A stretch of 64,000 nucleotides of DNA, taken from Auanema rhodensis (Eukaryota; Animalia; Nematoda). The notes beneath the pieces are model-generated. The model was not told the DNA's origin and ran no database searches. It saw only the letters and a program-made list of their open reading frames with translations. This document shows positions 11,200-25,400 of this stretch, in pieces (the stretch's first letter is position 1; each line of letters begins with the position of its first letter). Location: the NCBI GenBank assembly GCA_964057225.1, contig OZ059896.1, positions 20,398,001 through 20,462,000 of the forward strand, written 5' to 3'. The translations under genes and the position numbers were made by a program.

Positions 11200-14100
11200 T
11201 TTTTTCGAAAATTTTCAAAATAATTTAGCATAAAGTAGATGTTTTTAGATTCCTTTTTTCAAGGCAAAGACGATGGACAATGTTATTCAACGAAAAAATT
11301 ATTCCTTCAGGGTGAAAATCGAGGATATAAGTGTGAACTTATATCAGTTGATATCTCGGTGCATTTTTAAGCTAGCGCAAATCTGATAACACAGATCGAC
11401 GCAGCTTAAAAATCCGCATCGAATGCACTATACGACATTGAGAAACGCTTAATACAAAAATTAGTTATGATCGTTTGAAAAATGATGCATTAGTGTATGT
11501 TGAGTTTCCATGTACACTCAACATTGCTTCCAAAAACATTTTGACAAAAATTTTTTCGAAAAATTTCAAAATAATTTAGCAAAAAGTAGATGTTTTTAGA
11601 TTCCTTTATTCAAGGCAAAGACGATGGACAATGTTATTCAACGAAAAAATTAATTCTCCAGGGTGAAAATCGAGGATATAAGTGTGAACTTATATCAGTT
11701 GATATCTCGGTGCATTTTTAAGCTAGCGCAAATCTGATAACACAGATCGACGCAGCTTAAAAATCCGCATCGAATGCACTATACTACATTGAGAAACGCT
11801 TAATACAAAAATTAGTTATGATCGTTTGAAAAATGATGCATTAGTGTATGTTGAGTTTCCATGTACACTCAACATTGCTTCCAAAAACATTTTGACAAAA
11901 ATTTTTTCGAAAAATTTCGAAATAATTTAGCAAAAAGTAGATGTTTTTAGATTCCTTTTTTCAAGGCAAAGACGATGGACAATGTTATTCAACGGAAAAA
12001 GTATTTCTTCAGGGTGAAAATCGAGGATATAAGTGTGAACTTATATCAGTTGATATCTCGGTGCATTTTCAAGCTAGCGCAAATCTGATAACACAGATCG
12101 ACGCAGCTTGAAAATCCGCATCGAATGCACTATACTACATTGAGAAACGCTTAATACAAAAATTAGTTATGATCGTTTGAAAAATGATGCATTAGTGTAT
12201 GTTGAGTTTCCATGTACACTCAACATTGCTTCCAAAAACATTTTGACAAAAATTTTTTCGAAAAATTTCAAAATAATTTAGCAAAAAGTAGATGTTTTTA
12301 GATTCCTTTATTCAAGGCAAAGACGATGGACAATGTTATTCAACGAAAAAATTAATTCTCCAGGGTGAAAATCGAGGATATAAGTGTGAACTTATATCAG
12401 TTGATATCTCGGTGCATTTTTAAGCTAGCGCAAATCTGATAACACAAATCGACGCAGCTTAAAAATCCGCATCGAATGCACTATACTACATTGAGAAACG
12501 CTTAATACAAAAATTAGTTATGATCGTTTGAAAAATGATGCATTAGTGTATGTTGAGTTTCCATGTACACTCAACATTGCTTCCAAAAACATTTTGACAA
12601 AAATTTTTTCGAAAATTTTCAAAATAATTTAGCATAAAGTAGATGTTTTTAGATTCCTTTTTTCAAGGCAAAGACGATGGACAATGTTATTCAACGAAAA
12701 AATTATTCCTTCAGGGTGAAAATCGAGGATATAAGTGTGAACTTATATCAGTTGATATCTCGGTGCATTTTTAAGCTAGCGCAAATCTGATAACACAGAT
12801 CGACGCAGCTTAAAAATCCGCATCGAATGCACTATACGACATTGAGAAACGCTTAATACAAAAATTAGTTATGATCGTTTGAAAAATGATGCATTAGTGT
12901 ATGTTGAGTTTCCATGTACACTCAACATTGCTTCCAAAAACATTTTGACAAAAATTTTTTCGAAAAATTTCAAAATAATTTAGCAAAAAGTAGATGTTTT
13001 TAGATTCCTTTATTCAAGGCAAAGACGATGGACAATGTTATTCAACGAAAAAATTAATTCTTCAGGGTGAAAATCGAGGATATAAGTGTGAACTTATATC
13101 AGTTGATATCTCGGTGCATTTTTAAGCTAGCGCAAATCTGATAACACAGATCGACGCAGCTTAAAAATCCGCATCGAATGCACTATACTACATTGAGAAA
13201 CGCTTAATACAAAAATTAGTTATGATCGTTTGAAAAATGATGCATTAGTGTATGTTGAGTTTCCATGTACACTCAACATTGCTTCCAAAAACATTTTGAC
13301 AAAAATTTTTTCGAAAAATTTCGAAATAATTTAGCAAAAAGTAGATGTTTTTAGATTCCTTTTTTCAAGGCAAAGACGATGGACAATGTTATTCAACGGA
13401 AAAAGTATTTCTTCAGGGTGAAAATCGAGGATATAAGTGTGAACTTATATCAGTTGATATCTCGGTGCATTTTCAAGCTAGCGCAAATCTGATAACACAG
13501 ATCGACGCAGCTTGAAAATCCGCATCGAATGCACTATACTACATTGAGAAACGCTTAATACAAAAATTAGTTATGATCGTTTGAAAAATGATGCATTAGT
13601 GTATGTTGAGTTTCCATGTACACTCAACATTGCTTCCAAAAACATTTTGACAAAAATTTTTTCGAAAAATTTCAAAATAATTTAGCAAAAAGTAGATGTT
13701 TTTAGATTCCTTTATTCAAGGCAAAGACGATGGACAATGTTATTCAACGAAAAAATTAATTCTCCAGGGTGAAAATCGAGGATATAAGTGTGAACTTATA
13801 TCAGTTGATATCTCGGTGCATTTTTAAGCTAGCGCAAATCTGATAACACAGATCGACGCAGCTTAAAAATCCGCATCGAATGCACTATACTACATTGAAA
13901 AACGCTTAATACAAAAATTAGTTATGATCGTTTGAAAAATGATGCATTAGTGTATGTTGAGTTTCCATGTACACTCAACATTGCTTCCAAAAACATTTTG
14001 ACAAAAATTTTTTCGAAAAATTTCGAAATAATTTAGCAAAAAGTAGATGTTTTTAGATTCCTTTTTTCAAGGCAAAGACGATGGACAATGTTATTCAACG

Positions 14101-14742
14101 GAAAAAGTATTTCTTCAGGGTGAAAATCGAGGATATAAGTGTGAACTTATATCAGTTGATATCTCGGTGCATTTTCAAGCTAGCGCAAATCTGATAACAC
14201 AGATCGACGCAGCTTGAAAATCCGCATCGAATGCACTATACTACATTGAGAAACGCTTAATACAAAAATTAGTTATGATCGTTTGAAAAATGATGCATTA
14301 GTGTATGTTGAGTTTCCATGTACACTCAACATTGCTTCCAAAAACATTTTGACAAAAATTTTTTCGAAAAATTTCAAAATAATTTAGCAAAAAGTAGATG
14401 TTTTTAGATTCCTTTATTCAAGGCAAAGACGATGGACAATGTTATTCAACGAAAAAATTAATTCTCCAGGGTGAAAATCGAGGATATAAGTGTGAACTTA
14501 TATCAGTTGATATCTCGGTGCATTTTTAAGCTAGCGCAAATCTGATAACACAGATCGACGCAGCTTAAAAATCCGCATCGAATGCACTATACTACATTGA
14601 AAAACGCTTAATACAAAAATTAGTTATGATCGTTTGAAAAATGATGCATTAGTGTATGTTGAGTTTCCATGTACACTCAACATTGCTTCCAAAAACATTT
14701 TGACAAAAATTTTTTCGAAAAATTTCAAAATAATTTAGCAAA
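11200..14742. repeat. Nested 4-mer (1404 bp) and 2-mer (702 bp) duplications
   Basis: Markers 11212/12616, 11231/12635, 11434/12838 and 12070/13474 are 1404 apart; 13474/14176 are 702 apart. Confidence 0.8.
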
Positions 14743-17700
14743 AAGTAGATGTTTTTAGATTCCTTTTTTCAAGGCAAAGACGATGGACAATGTTATTCAA
14801 CGAGAAAATTATTCCTTCAGGGTGAAAATCGAGGATATAAGTGTGAACTTATATCAGTTGATATCTCGGTGCATTTTTAAGCTAGCGCAAATCTGATAAC
14901 AGAGATCGACGCAGCTTAAAAATCCGCATCGAATGCACTATACTACATTGAGAAACGCTTAATACAAAAATTAGTTATGATCGTTTGAAAAATGATGCAT
15001 TAGTGTATGTTGAGTTTCCATGTACACTCAACATTGCTTCCAAAAACATTTTGACAAAAATTTTTTCGAAAAATTTCGAAATAATTTAGCAAAAAGTAGA
15101 TGTTTTTAGATTCCTTTTTTCAAGGCAAAGACGATGGACAATGTTATTCAACGGAAAAAGTATTTCTTCAGGGTGAAAATCGAGGATATAAGTGTGAACT
15201 TATATCAGTTGATATCTCGGTGCATTTTTAAGCTAGCGCAAATCTGATAACACAGATCGACGCAGCTTAAAAATCCGCATCGAATGCACTATACTACATT
15301 GAGAAACGCTTAATACAAAAATTAGTTATGATCGTTTGAAAAATGATGCATTAGTGTATGTTGAGTTTCCATGTACACTCAACATTGCTTCCAAAAACAT
15401 TTTGACAAAAATTTTTTCGAAAAATTTCAAAATAATTTAGCAAAAAGTAGATGTTTTTAGATTTCAGTTTTCAAGGCAAAGACGATGGACAATGTTATTC
15501 AACGAAAAAATTAATTCTTCAGGGTGAAAATCGAGGATATATGTGTGAACTTATATCAGTTGATATCTCGGTGCATTTTTAAGCTAGCGTAAATCTGATA
15601 ACACAGATCGACGCAGCTTAAAAATCCGCATCGAATGCACTATACTACATTGAGAAACGCTTAATACAAAAATTAGTTATGATCGTTTGAAAAATGATGC
15701 ATTAGTGTATGTTGAGTTTCCATGTACACTCAACATTGCTTCCAAAAACATTTTGACAAAAATTTTTTCGAAAAATTTCAAAATAATTTAGCAAAAAGTA
15801 GATGTTTTTAGATTCCTTTTTTCAAGGCAAAGACGATGGACAATGTTATTCAACGAAAAAATTATTCCTTCAGGGTGAAAATCGAGGATATAAGTGTGAA
15901 CTTATATCAGTTGATATCTCGGTGCATTTTTAAGCTAGCGCAAATCTGATAACAGAGATCGACGCAGCTTAAAAATCCGCATCGAATGCACTATACTACA
16001 TTGAAAAACGCTTAATACAAAAATTAGTTATGATCGTTTGAAAAATGATGCATTAGTGTATGTTGAGTTTCCATGTACACTCAACATTGCTTCCAAAAAC
16101 ATTTTGACAAAAATTTTTTCGAAAAATTTCAAGATAATTTAGCAAAAAGTAGATGTTTTTAGATTCCTTTATTCAAGGCAAAGACGATGGACAATGTTAT
16201 TCAACGAAAAAATTAATTCTTCAGGGTGAAAATCGAGGATATAAGTGTGAACTTATATCAGTTGATATCTCGGTGCATTTTTAAGCTAGCGCAAATCTGA
16301 TAACACAGATCGACGCAGCTTAAAAATCCGCATCGAATGCACTATACTACATTGAGAAACGCTTAATACAAAAATTAGTTATGATCGTTTGAAAAATGAT
16401 GCATTAGTGTATGTTGAGTTTCCATGTACACTCAACATTGCTTCCAAAAACATTTTAACAAAAATTTTTTCGAAAAATTTCGAAATAATTTAGCAAAAAG
16501 TAGATGTTTTTAGATTCCTTTTTTCAAGGCAAAGACGATGGACAATGTTATTCAACGGAAAAAGTATTTCTTCAGGGTGAAAATCGAGGATATAAGTGTG
16601 AACTTATATCAGTTGATATCTCGGTGCATTTTCAAGCTAGCGCAAATCTGATAACACAGATCGACGCAGCTTAAAAATCCGCATCGAATGCACTATACTA
16701 CATTGAGAAACGCTTAATACAAAAATTAGTTATGATCGTTTGAAAAATGATGCATTAGTGTATGTTGAGTTTCCATGTACACTCAACATTGCTTCCAAAA
16801 ACATTTTGACAAAAATTTTTTCGAAAAATTTCAAAATAATTTAGCAAAAAGTAGATGTTTTTAGATTCCTTTTTTCAAGGCAAAGACGATGGACAATGTT
16901 ATTCAACGAAAAAATTATTCCTTCAGGGTGAAAATCGAGGATATAAGTGTGAACTTATATCAGTTGATATCTCGGTGCATTTTTAAGCTAGCGCAAATCT
17001 GATAACAGAGATCGACGCAGCTTAAAAATCCGCATCGAATGCACTATACTACATTGAGAAACGCTTAATACAAAAATTAGTTATGATCGTTTGAAAAATG
17101 ATGCATTAGTGTATGTTGAGTTTCCATGTACACTCAACATTGCTTCCAAAAACATTTTGACAAAAATTTTTTCGAAAAATTTCAAAATAATTCAGCAAAA
17201 AGTAGATGTTTTTAGATTCCAGTTTTCAAGGCAAAGACGATGGACAATGTTATTCAACGAAAAAATTAATTCTTCAGGGTGAAAATCGAGGATATATGTG
17301 TGAACTTATATCAGTTGATATCTCGGTGCATTTTTAAGCTAGCGCAAATCTGATAACACAGATCGACGCAGCTTAAAAATCCGCATCGAATGCACTATAC
17401 TACATTGAGAAACGCTTAATACAAAAATTAGTTATGATCGTTTGAAAAATGATGCATTAGTGTATGTTGAGTTTCCATGTACACTCAACATTGCTTCCAA
17501 AAACATTTTGACAAAAATTTTTTCGAAAAATTTCGAAATAATTTAGCAAAAAGTAGATGTTTTTAGATTCCTTTTTTCAAGGCAAAGACGATGGACAATG
17601 TTATTCAACGGAAAAAGTATTTCTTCAGGGTGAAAATCGAGGATATAAGTGTGAACTTATATCAGTTGATATCTCGGTGCATTTTCAAGCTAGCGCAAAT

Positions 17701-20349
17701 CTGATAACACAGATCGACGCAGCTTAAAAATCCGCATCGAATGCACTATACTACATTGAGAAACGCTTAATACAAAAATTAGTTATGATCGTTTGAAAAA
17801 TGATGCATTAGTGTATGTTGAGTTTCCATGTACACTCAACATTGCTTCCAAAAACATTTTGACAAAAATTTTTTCGAAAAATTTCAAAATAATTTAGCAA
17901 AAAGTAGATGTTTTTAAATTCCAGTTTTCAAGGCAAAGACGATGGACAATGTTATTCAACGAAAAAATTAATTCTTCAGGGTGAAAATCGAGGATATATG
18001 TGTGAACTTATATCAGTTGATATCTCGGTGCATTTTTAAGCTAGCGCAAATCTGATAACAGAGATCGACGCAGCTTAAAAATCCGCATCGAATGCACTAT
18101 ACTACATTGAGAAACGCTTAATACAAAAATTAGTTATGATCGTTTGAAAAATGATGCATTAGTGTATGTTGAGTTTCCATGTACACTCAACATTGCTTCC
18201 AAAAACATTTTGACAAAAATTTTTTCGAAAAATTTCGAAATAATTTAGCAAAAAGTAGATGTTTTTAGATTCCTTTATTCAAGGCAAAGACGATGGACAA
18301 TGTTATTCAACGAAAAAATTAATTCTTTAGGGTGAAAATCGAGGATATAAGTGTGAACTTATATCAGTTGATATCTTGGTGCATTTTTAAGCTAGCGCAA
18401 ATCTGATAACACAGATCGACGCAGCTTAAAAATCCGCATCGAATGCACTATACTACATTGAAAAACGCTTAATACAAAAATTAGTTATGATCGTTTGAAA
18501 AATGATGCATTAGTGTATGTTGAGTTTCCATGTACACTCAACATTGCTTCCAAAAACATTTTGACAAAAATTTTTTCGAAAAATTTCAAAATAATTTAGC
18601 AAAAAGTAGATGTTTTTAGATTCCTTTATTCAAGGCAAAGACGATGGACAATGTTATTCAACGAAAAAATTAATTCTTCAGGGTGAAAATCGAGGATATA
18701 AGTGTGAACTTATATCAGTTGATATCTCGGTGCATTTTTAAGCTAGCGCAAATCTGATAACACAGATCGACGCAGCTTAAAAATCCGCATCGAATGCACT
18801 ATACTACATTGAGAAACGCTTGATACAAAAATTAGTTATGATCGTTTGAAAAATGATGCATTAGTGTATGTTGAGTTTCCATGTACACTCAACATTGCTT
18901 CCAAAAACATTTTGACAAAAATTTTTTCGAAAAATTTCAAAATAATTTAGCAAAAAGTAGATGTTTTTAGATTCCTTTTTTCAAGGCAAAGACGATGGAC
19001 AATGTTATTCAACGAAAAAATTATTCCTTCAGGGTGAAAATCGAGGATATAAGTGTGAACTTATATCAGTTGATATCTCGGTGCATTTTTAAGCTAGCGC
19101 AAATCTGATAACAGAGATCGACGCAGCTTAAAAATCCGCAGCGAATGCACTATACTACATTGAGAAACGCTTGATACAAAAATTAGTTATGATCGTTTGA
19201 AAAATGATGCATTAGTGTATGTTGAGTTTCCATGTACACTCAACATTGCTTCCAAAAACATTTTGACAAAAATTTTTTCGAAAAATTTCAAAATAATTTA
19301 GCAAAAGTAGATGTTTTTAGATCCCTTTATTCAAGGCAAAGACGATGGACAATGTTATTCAACGAAAAAATTAATTCTTCAGGGTGAAAATCGAGGATAT
19401 ATGTGTGAACTTATATCAGTTGATATCTCGGTGCATTTTTAAGCTAGCGCAAATCTGATAACACAGATCGACGCAGCTTAAAAATCCGCATCGAATGCAC
19501 TATACTACATTGAGAAACGCTTGATACAAAAATTAGTTATGATCGTTTGAAAAATGATGCATTAGTGTATGTTGAGTTTCCATGTACACTCAACATTGCT
19601 TCCAAAAACATTTTGACAAAAATTTTTTCGAAAAATTTCAAAATAATTTAGCAAAAGTAGATGTTTTTAGATCCCTTTATTCAAGGCAAAGACGATGGAC
19701 AATGTTATTCAACGAAAAAATTAATTCTTCAGGGTGAAAATCGAGGATATAAGTGTGAACTTATATCAGTTGATATCTCGGTGCATTTTTAAGCTAGCGC
19801 AAATCTGATAACACAGATCGACGCAGCTTAAAAATCCGCATCGAATGCACTATACTACATTGAGAAACGCTTGATACAAAAACTAGTTATGATCGTTTGA
19901 AAAATGATGCATTAGTGTATGTTGAGTTTCCATGTACACTCAACATTGCTTCCAAAAACATTTTGACAAAAATTTTTTCGAAAAATTTCAAAATAATTTA
20001 GCAAAAAGTAGATGTTTTTAGATTCCTTTTTTCAAGGCAAAGACAATGGACAATGTTATTCAACGAAAAAATTATTCCTTCAGGGTGAAAATCGAGGATA
20101 TAAGTGTGAACTTATATCAGTTGATATCTCGGTGCATTTTAAAGCTAGCGCAAATCTGATAACACAGATCGACGCAGCTTAAAAATCCGCATCGAATGCA
20201 CTATACTACATTGAGAAACGCTTGATACAAAAATTAGTTATGATCGTTTGAAAAATGATGCATTAGTGTATGTTGAGTTTCCATGTACACTCAACATTGC
20301 TTCCAAAAACATTTTGACAAAAATTTTTTCGAAAAATTTCAAAATAATT

Positions 20350-22460
20350 TAGCAAAAAGTAGATGTTTTTAGATTCCAGTTTTCAAGGCAAAGACGATGG
20401 ACAATGTTATTCAACGAAAAAATTAATTCTTCAGGGTGAAAATCGAGGATAAAAGTGTGAACTTATATCAGTTGATATCTCGGTGCATTTTTAAGCTAGC
20501 GCAAATCTGATAACACAGATCGACGCAGCTTAAAAATCCGCATCGAATGCACTATACTACATTGAGAAACGCTTGATACAAAAATTAGTTATGATCGTTT
20601 GAAAAATGATGCATTAGTGTATGTTGAGTTTCCATGTACACTCAACATTGCTTCCAAAAACATTTTGACAAAAATTTTTTCGAAAAATTTCAAAATAATT
20701 TAGCAAAAAGTAGATGTTTTTAGATTCCTTTTTTCAAGGCAAAGACGATGGACAATGTTATTCAACGAAAAAATTATTCCTTCAGGGTGAAAATCGAGGA
20801 TATAAGTGTGAACTTATATCAGTGGATATCTCGGTGCATTTTTAAGCTAGCGCAAATCTGATAACAGAGATCGACGCAGCTTAAAAATCCGCATCGAATG
20901 CACTATACTACATTGAGAAACGCTTGATACAAAAATTAGTTATGATCGTTTGAAAAATGATGCATTAGTGTATGTTGAGTTTCCATGTACACTCAACATT
21001 GCTTCCAAAAACATTTTGACAAAAATTTTTTCGAAAAATTTCGAAATAATTTAGCAAAAAGTAGATGTTTTTAGATTCCTTTTTTCAAGGCAAAGACGAT
21101 GGACAATGTTATTCAACGGAAAAAGTATTTCTTCAGGGTGAAAATCGAGGATATAAGTGTGAACTTATATCAGTTGATATCTCGGTGCATTTTTAAGCTA
21201 GCGCAAATCTGATAACACAGATCGACGCAGCTTAAAAATCCGCATCGAATGCACTATACTACATTGAGAAACGCTTAATACAAAAATTAGTTATGATCGT
21301 TTGAAAAATGATGCATTAGTGTATGTTGAGTTTCCATGTACACTCAACATTGCTTCCAAAAACATTTTGACAAAAATTTTTTCGAAAAATTTCGAAATAA
21401 TTTAGCAAAAAGTAGATGTTTTTAGATTCCTTTATTCAAGGCAAAGACGATGGACAATGTTATTCAACGAAAAAATTAATTCTTTAGGGTGAAAATCGAG
21501 GATAAAAGTGTGAACTTATATCAGTTGATATCTCGGTGCATTTTTAAGCTAGCGCAAATCTGATAACACAGATCGACGCAGCTTAAAAATCCGCATCGAA
21601 TGCACTATACTACATTGAGAAACGCTTGATACAAAAATTAGTTATGATCGTTTGAAAAATGATGCATTAGTGTATGTTGAGTTTCCATGTACACTCAACA
21701 TTGCTTCCAAAAACATTTTGACAAAAATTTTTTCGAAAAATTTCAAAATAATTTAGCAAAAAGTAGATGTTTTTAGATTCCTTTTTTCAAGGCAAAGACG
21801 ATGGACAATGTTATTCAACGAAAAAATTATTCCTTCAGGGTGAAAATCGAGGATATAAGTGTGAACTTATATCAGTGGATATCTCGGTGCATTTTTAAGC
21901 TAGCGCAAATCTGATAACAGAGATCGACGCAGCTTAAAAATCCGCATCGAATGCACTATACTACATTGAGAAACGCTTGATACAAAAATTAGTTATGATC
22001 GTTTGAAAAATGATGCATTAGTGTATGTTGAGTTTCCATGTACACTCAACATTGCTTCCAAAAACATTTTGACAAAAATTTTTTCGAAAAATTTCGAAAT
22101 AATTTAGCAAAAAGTAGATGTTTTTAGATTCCTTTTTTCAAGGCAAAGACGATGGACAATGTTATTCAACGGAAAAAGTATTTCTTCAGGGTGAAAATCG
22201 AGGATATAAGTGTGAACTTATATCAGTTGATATCTCGGTGCATTTTTAAGCTAGCGCAAATCTGATAACACAGATCGACGCAGCTTAGAAATCCGCATCG
22301 AATGCACTATACTACATTGAGAAACGCTTAATACAAAAATTAGTTATGATCGTTTGAAAAATGATGCATTAGTGTATGTTGAGTTTCCATGTACACTCAA
22401 CATTGCTTCCAAAAACATTTTGACAAAAATTTTTTCGAAAAATTTCGAAATAATTTAGCA
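20350..22460. repeat. Local 3-mer duplication (1053 bp x2)
   Basis: GATAAAAG variant at 20452/21505 and AGTGGATA variant at 20824/21877. Confidence 0.8.
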
Positions 22461-25400
22461 AAAAGTAGATGTTTTTAGATTCCTTTATTCAAGGCAAAGA
22501 CGATGGACAATGTTATTCAACGAAAAAATTAATTCTTTAGGGTGAAAATCGAGGATATAAGTGTGAACTTATATCAGTTGATATCTTGGTGCATTTTTAA
22601 GCTAGCGCAAATCTGATAACACAGATCGACGCAGCTTAAAAATCCGCATCGAATGCACTATACTACATTGAAAAACGCTTAATACAAAAATTAGTTATGA
22701 TCGTTTGAAAAATGATGCATTAGTGTATGTTGAGTTTCCATGTACACTCAACATTGCTTCCAAAAACATTTTGACAAAAATTTTTTCGAAAAATTTCAAA
22801 ATAATTTAGCAAAAAGTAGATGTTTTTAGATTCCTTTATTCAAGGCAAAGACGATGGACAATGTTATTCAACGAAAAAATTAATTCTTCAGGGTGAAAAT
22901 CGAGGATATAAGTGTGAACTTATATCAGTTGATATCTCGGTGCATTTTTAAGCTAGCGCAAATCTGATAACACAGATCGACGCAGCTTAAAAATCCGCAT
23001 CGAATGCACTATACTACATTGAGAAACGCTTGATACAAAAATTAGTTATGATCGTTTGAAAAATGATGCATTAGTGTATGTTGAGTTTCCATGTACACTC
23101 AACATTGCTTCCAAAAACATTTTGACAAAAATTTTTTCGAAAAATTTCAAAATAATTTAGCAAAAAGTAGATGTTTTTAGATTCCTTTTTTCAAGGCAAA
23201 GACGATGGACAATGTTATTCAACGAAAAAATTATTCCTTCAGGGTGAAAATCGAGGATATAAGTGTGAACTTATATCAGTTGATATCTCGGTGCATTTTT
23301 AAGCTAGCGCAAATCTGATAACAGAGATCGACGCAGCTTAAAAATCCGCATCGAATGCACTATACTACATTGAGAAACGCTTGATACAAAAATTAGTTAT
23401 GATCGTTTGAAAAATGATGCATTAGTGTATGTTGAGTTTCCATGTACACTCAACATTGCTTCCAAAAACATTTTGACAAAAATTTTTTCGAAAAATTTCA
23501 AAATAATTTAGCAAAAGTAGATGTTTTTAGATCCCTTTATTCAAGGCAAAGACGATGGACAATGTTATTCAACGAAAAAATTAATTCTTCAGGGTGAAAA
23601 TCGAGGATATAAGTGTGAACTTATATCAGTTGATATCTCGGTGCATTTTTAAGCTAGCGCAAATCTGATAACACAGATCGACGCAGCTTAAAAATCCGCA
23701 TCGAATGCACTATACTACATTGAGAAACGCTTGATACAAAAATTAGTTATGATCGTTTGAAAAATGATGCATTAGTGTATGTTGAGTTTCCATGTACACT
23801 CAACATTGCTTCCAAAAACATTTTGACAAAAATTTTTTCGAAAAATTTCAAAATAATTTAGCAAAAAGTAGATGTTTTTAGATTCCTTTTTTCAAGGCAA
23901 AGACGATGGACAATGTTATTCAACGAAAAAATTATTCCTTCAGGGTGAAAATCGAAGATATAAGTGTGAACTTATATCAGTTGATATCTCGGTGCATTTT
24001 TAAGCTAGCGCAAATCTGATAACACAGATCGACGCAGCTTAAAAATCCGCATCGAATGCACTATACTACATTGAGAAACGCTTGATACAAAAACTAGTTA
24101 TGATCGTTTGAAAAATGATGCATTAGTGTATGTTGAGTTTCCATGTACACTCAACATTGCTTCCAAAAACATTTTGACAAAAATTTTTTCGAAAAATTTC
24201 AAAATAATTTAGCAAAAAGTAGATGTTTTTAGATTCCTTTTTTCAAGGCAAAGACGATGGACAATGTTATTCAACGAAAAAATTATTCCTTCAGGGTGAA
24301 AATCGAGGATATAAGTGTGAACTTATATCAGTTGATATCTCGGTGCATTTTAAAGCTAGCGCAAATCTGATAACACAGATCGACGCAGCTTAAAAATCCG
24401 CATCGAATGCACTATAGTACATTGAGAAACGCTTGATACAAAAATTAGTTATGATCGTTTGAAAAATGATGCATTAGTGTATGTTGAGTTTCCATGTACA
24501 CTCAACATTGCTTCCAAAAACATTTTGACAAAAATTTTTTCGAAAAATTTCAAAATAATTTAGCAAAAGTAGATGTTTTTAGATCCCTTTATTCAAGGCA
24601 AAGACGATGGACAATGTTATTCAACGAAAAAATTAATTCTTCAGGGTGAAAATCGAGGATATAAGTGTGAACTTATATCAGTTGATATCTCGGTGCATTT
24701 TTAAGCTAGCGCAAATCTGATAACACAGATCGACGCAGCTTAAAAATCCGCATCGAATGCACTATACTACATTGAGAAACGCTTAATACAAAAATTAGTT
24801 ATGATCGTTTGAAAAATGATGCATTAGTGTATGTTGAGTTTCCATGTACACTCAACATTGCTTCCAAAAACATTTTGACAAAAATTTTTTCGAAAAATTT
24901 CGAAATAATTTAGCAAAAAGTAGATGTTTTTAGATTCCTTTATTCAAGGCAAAGACGATGGACAATGTTATTCAACGAAAAAATTAATTCTTTAGGATGA
25001 AAATCGAGGATATAAGTGTGAACTTATATCAGTTGATATCTTGGTGCATTTTTAAGCTAGCGCAAATCTGATAACACAGATCGACGCAGCTTAAAAATCC
25101 GCATCGAATGCACTATACTACATTGAAAAACGCTTAATACAAAAATTAGTTATGATCGTTTGAAAAATGATGCATTAGTGTATGTTGAGTTTCCATGTAC
25201 ACTCAACATTGCTTCCAAAAACATTTTGACAAAAATTTTTTCGAAAAATTTCAAAATAATTTAGCAAAAAGTAGATGTTTTTAGATTCCTTTATTCAAGG
25301 CAAAGACGATGGACAATGTTATTCAACGAAAAAATTAATTCTTCAGGGTGAAAATCGAGGATATAAGTGTGAACTTATATCAGTTGATATCTCGGTGCAT

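Larger units (their letters stand above)
2809..18252. repeat. Large duplicated block, copy A (paralog at ~40711-55452)
   Basis: Same order of monomer types and shared rare SNVs: 3735/41637, 9172/48829, 10237/49894, 16457/53657, 17193/54393, 17917/55117. The left boundary is approximate. Confidence 0.85.

Noticed and set aside
17091-17282. 63-aa ORF (TTG start)
   Set aside because: It lies wholly in satellite sequence and exists only because T>C at 17193 turns the usual TAG into CAG. About 180 other monomers keep the stop, and there is no recognisable domain.
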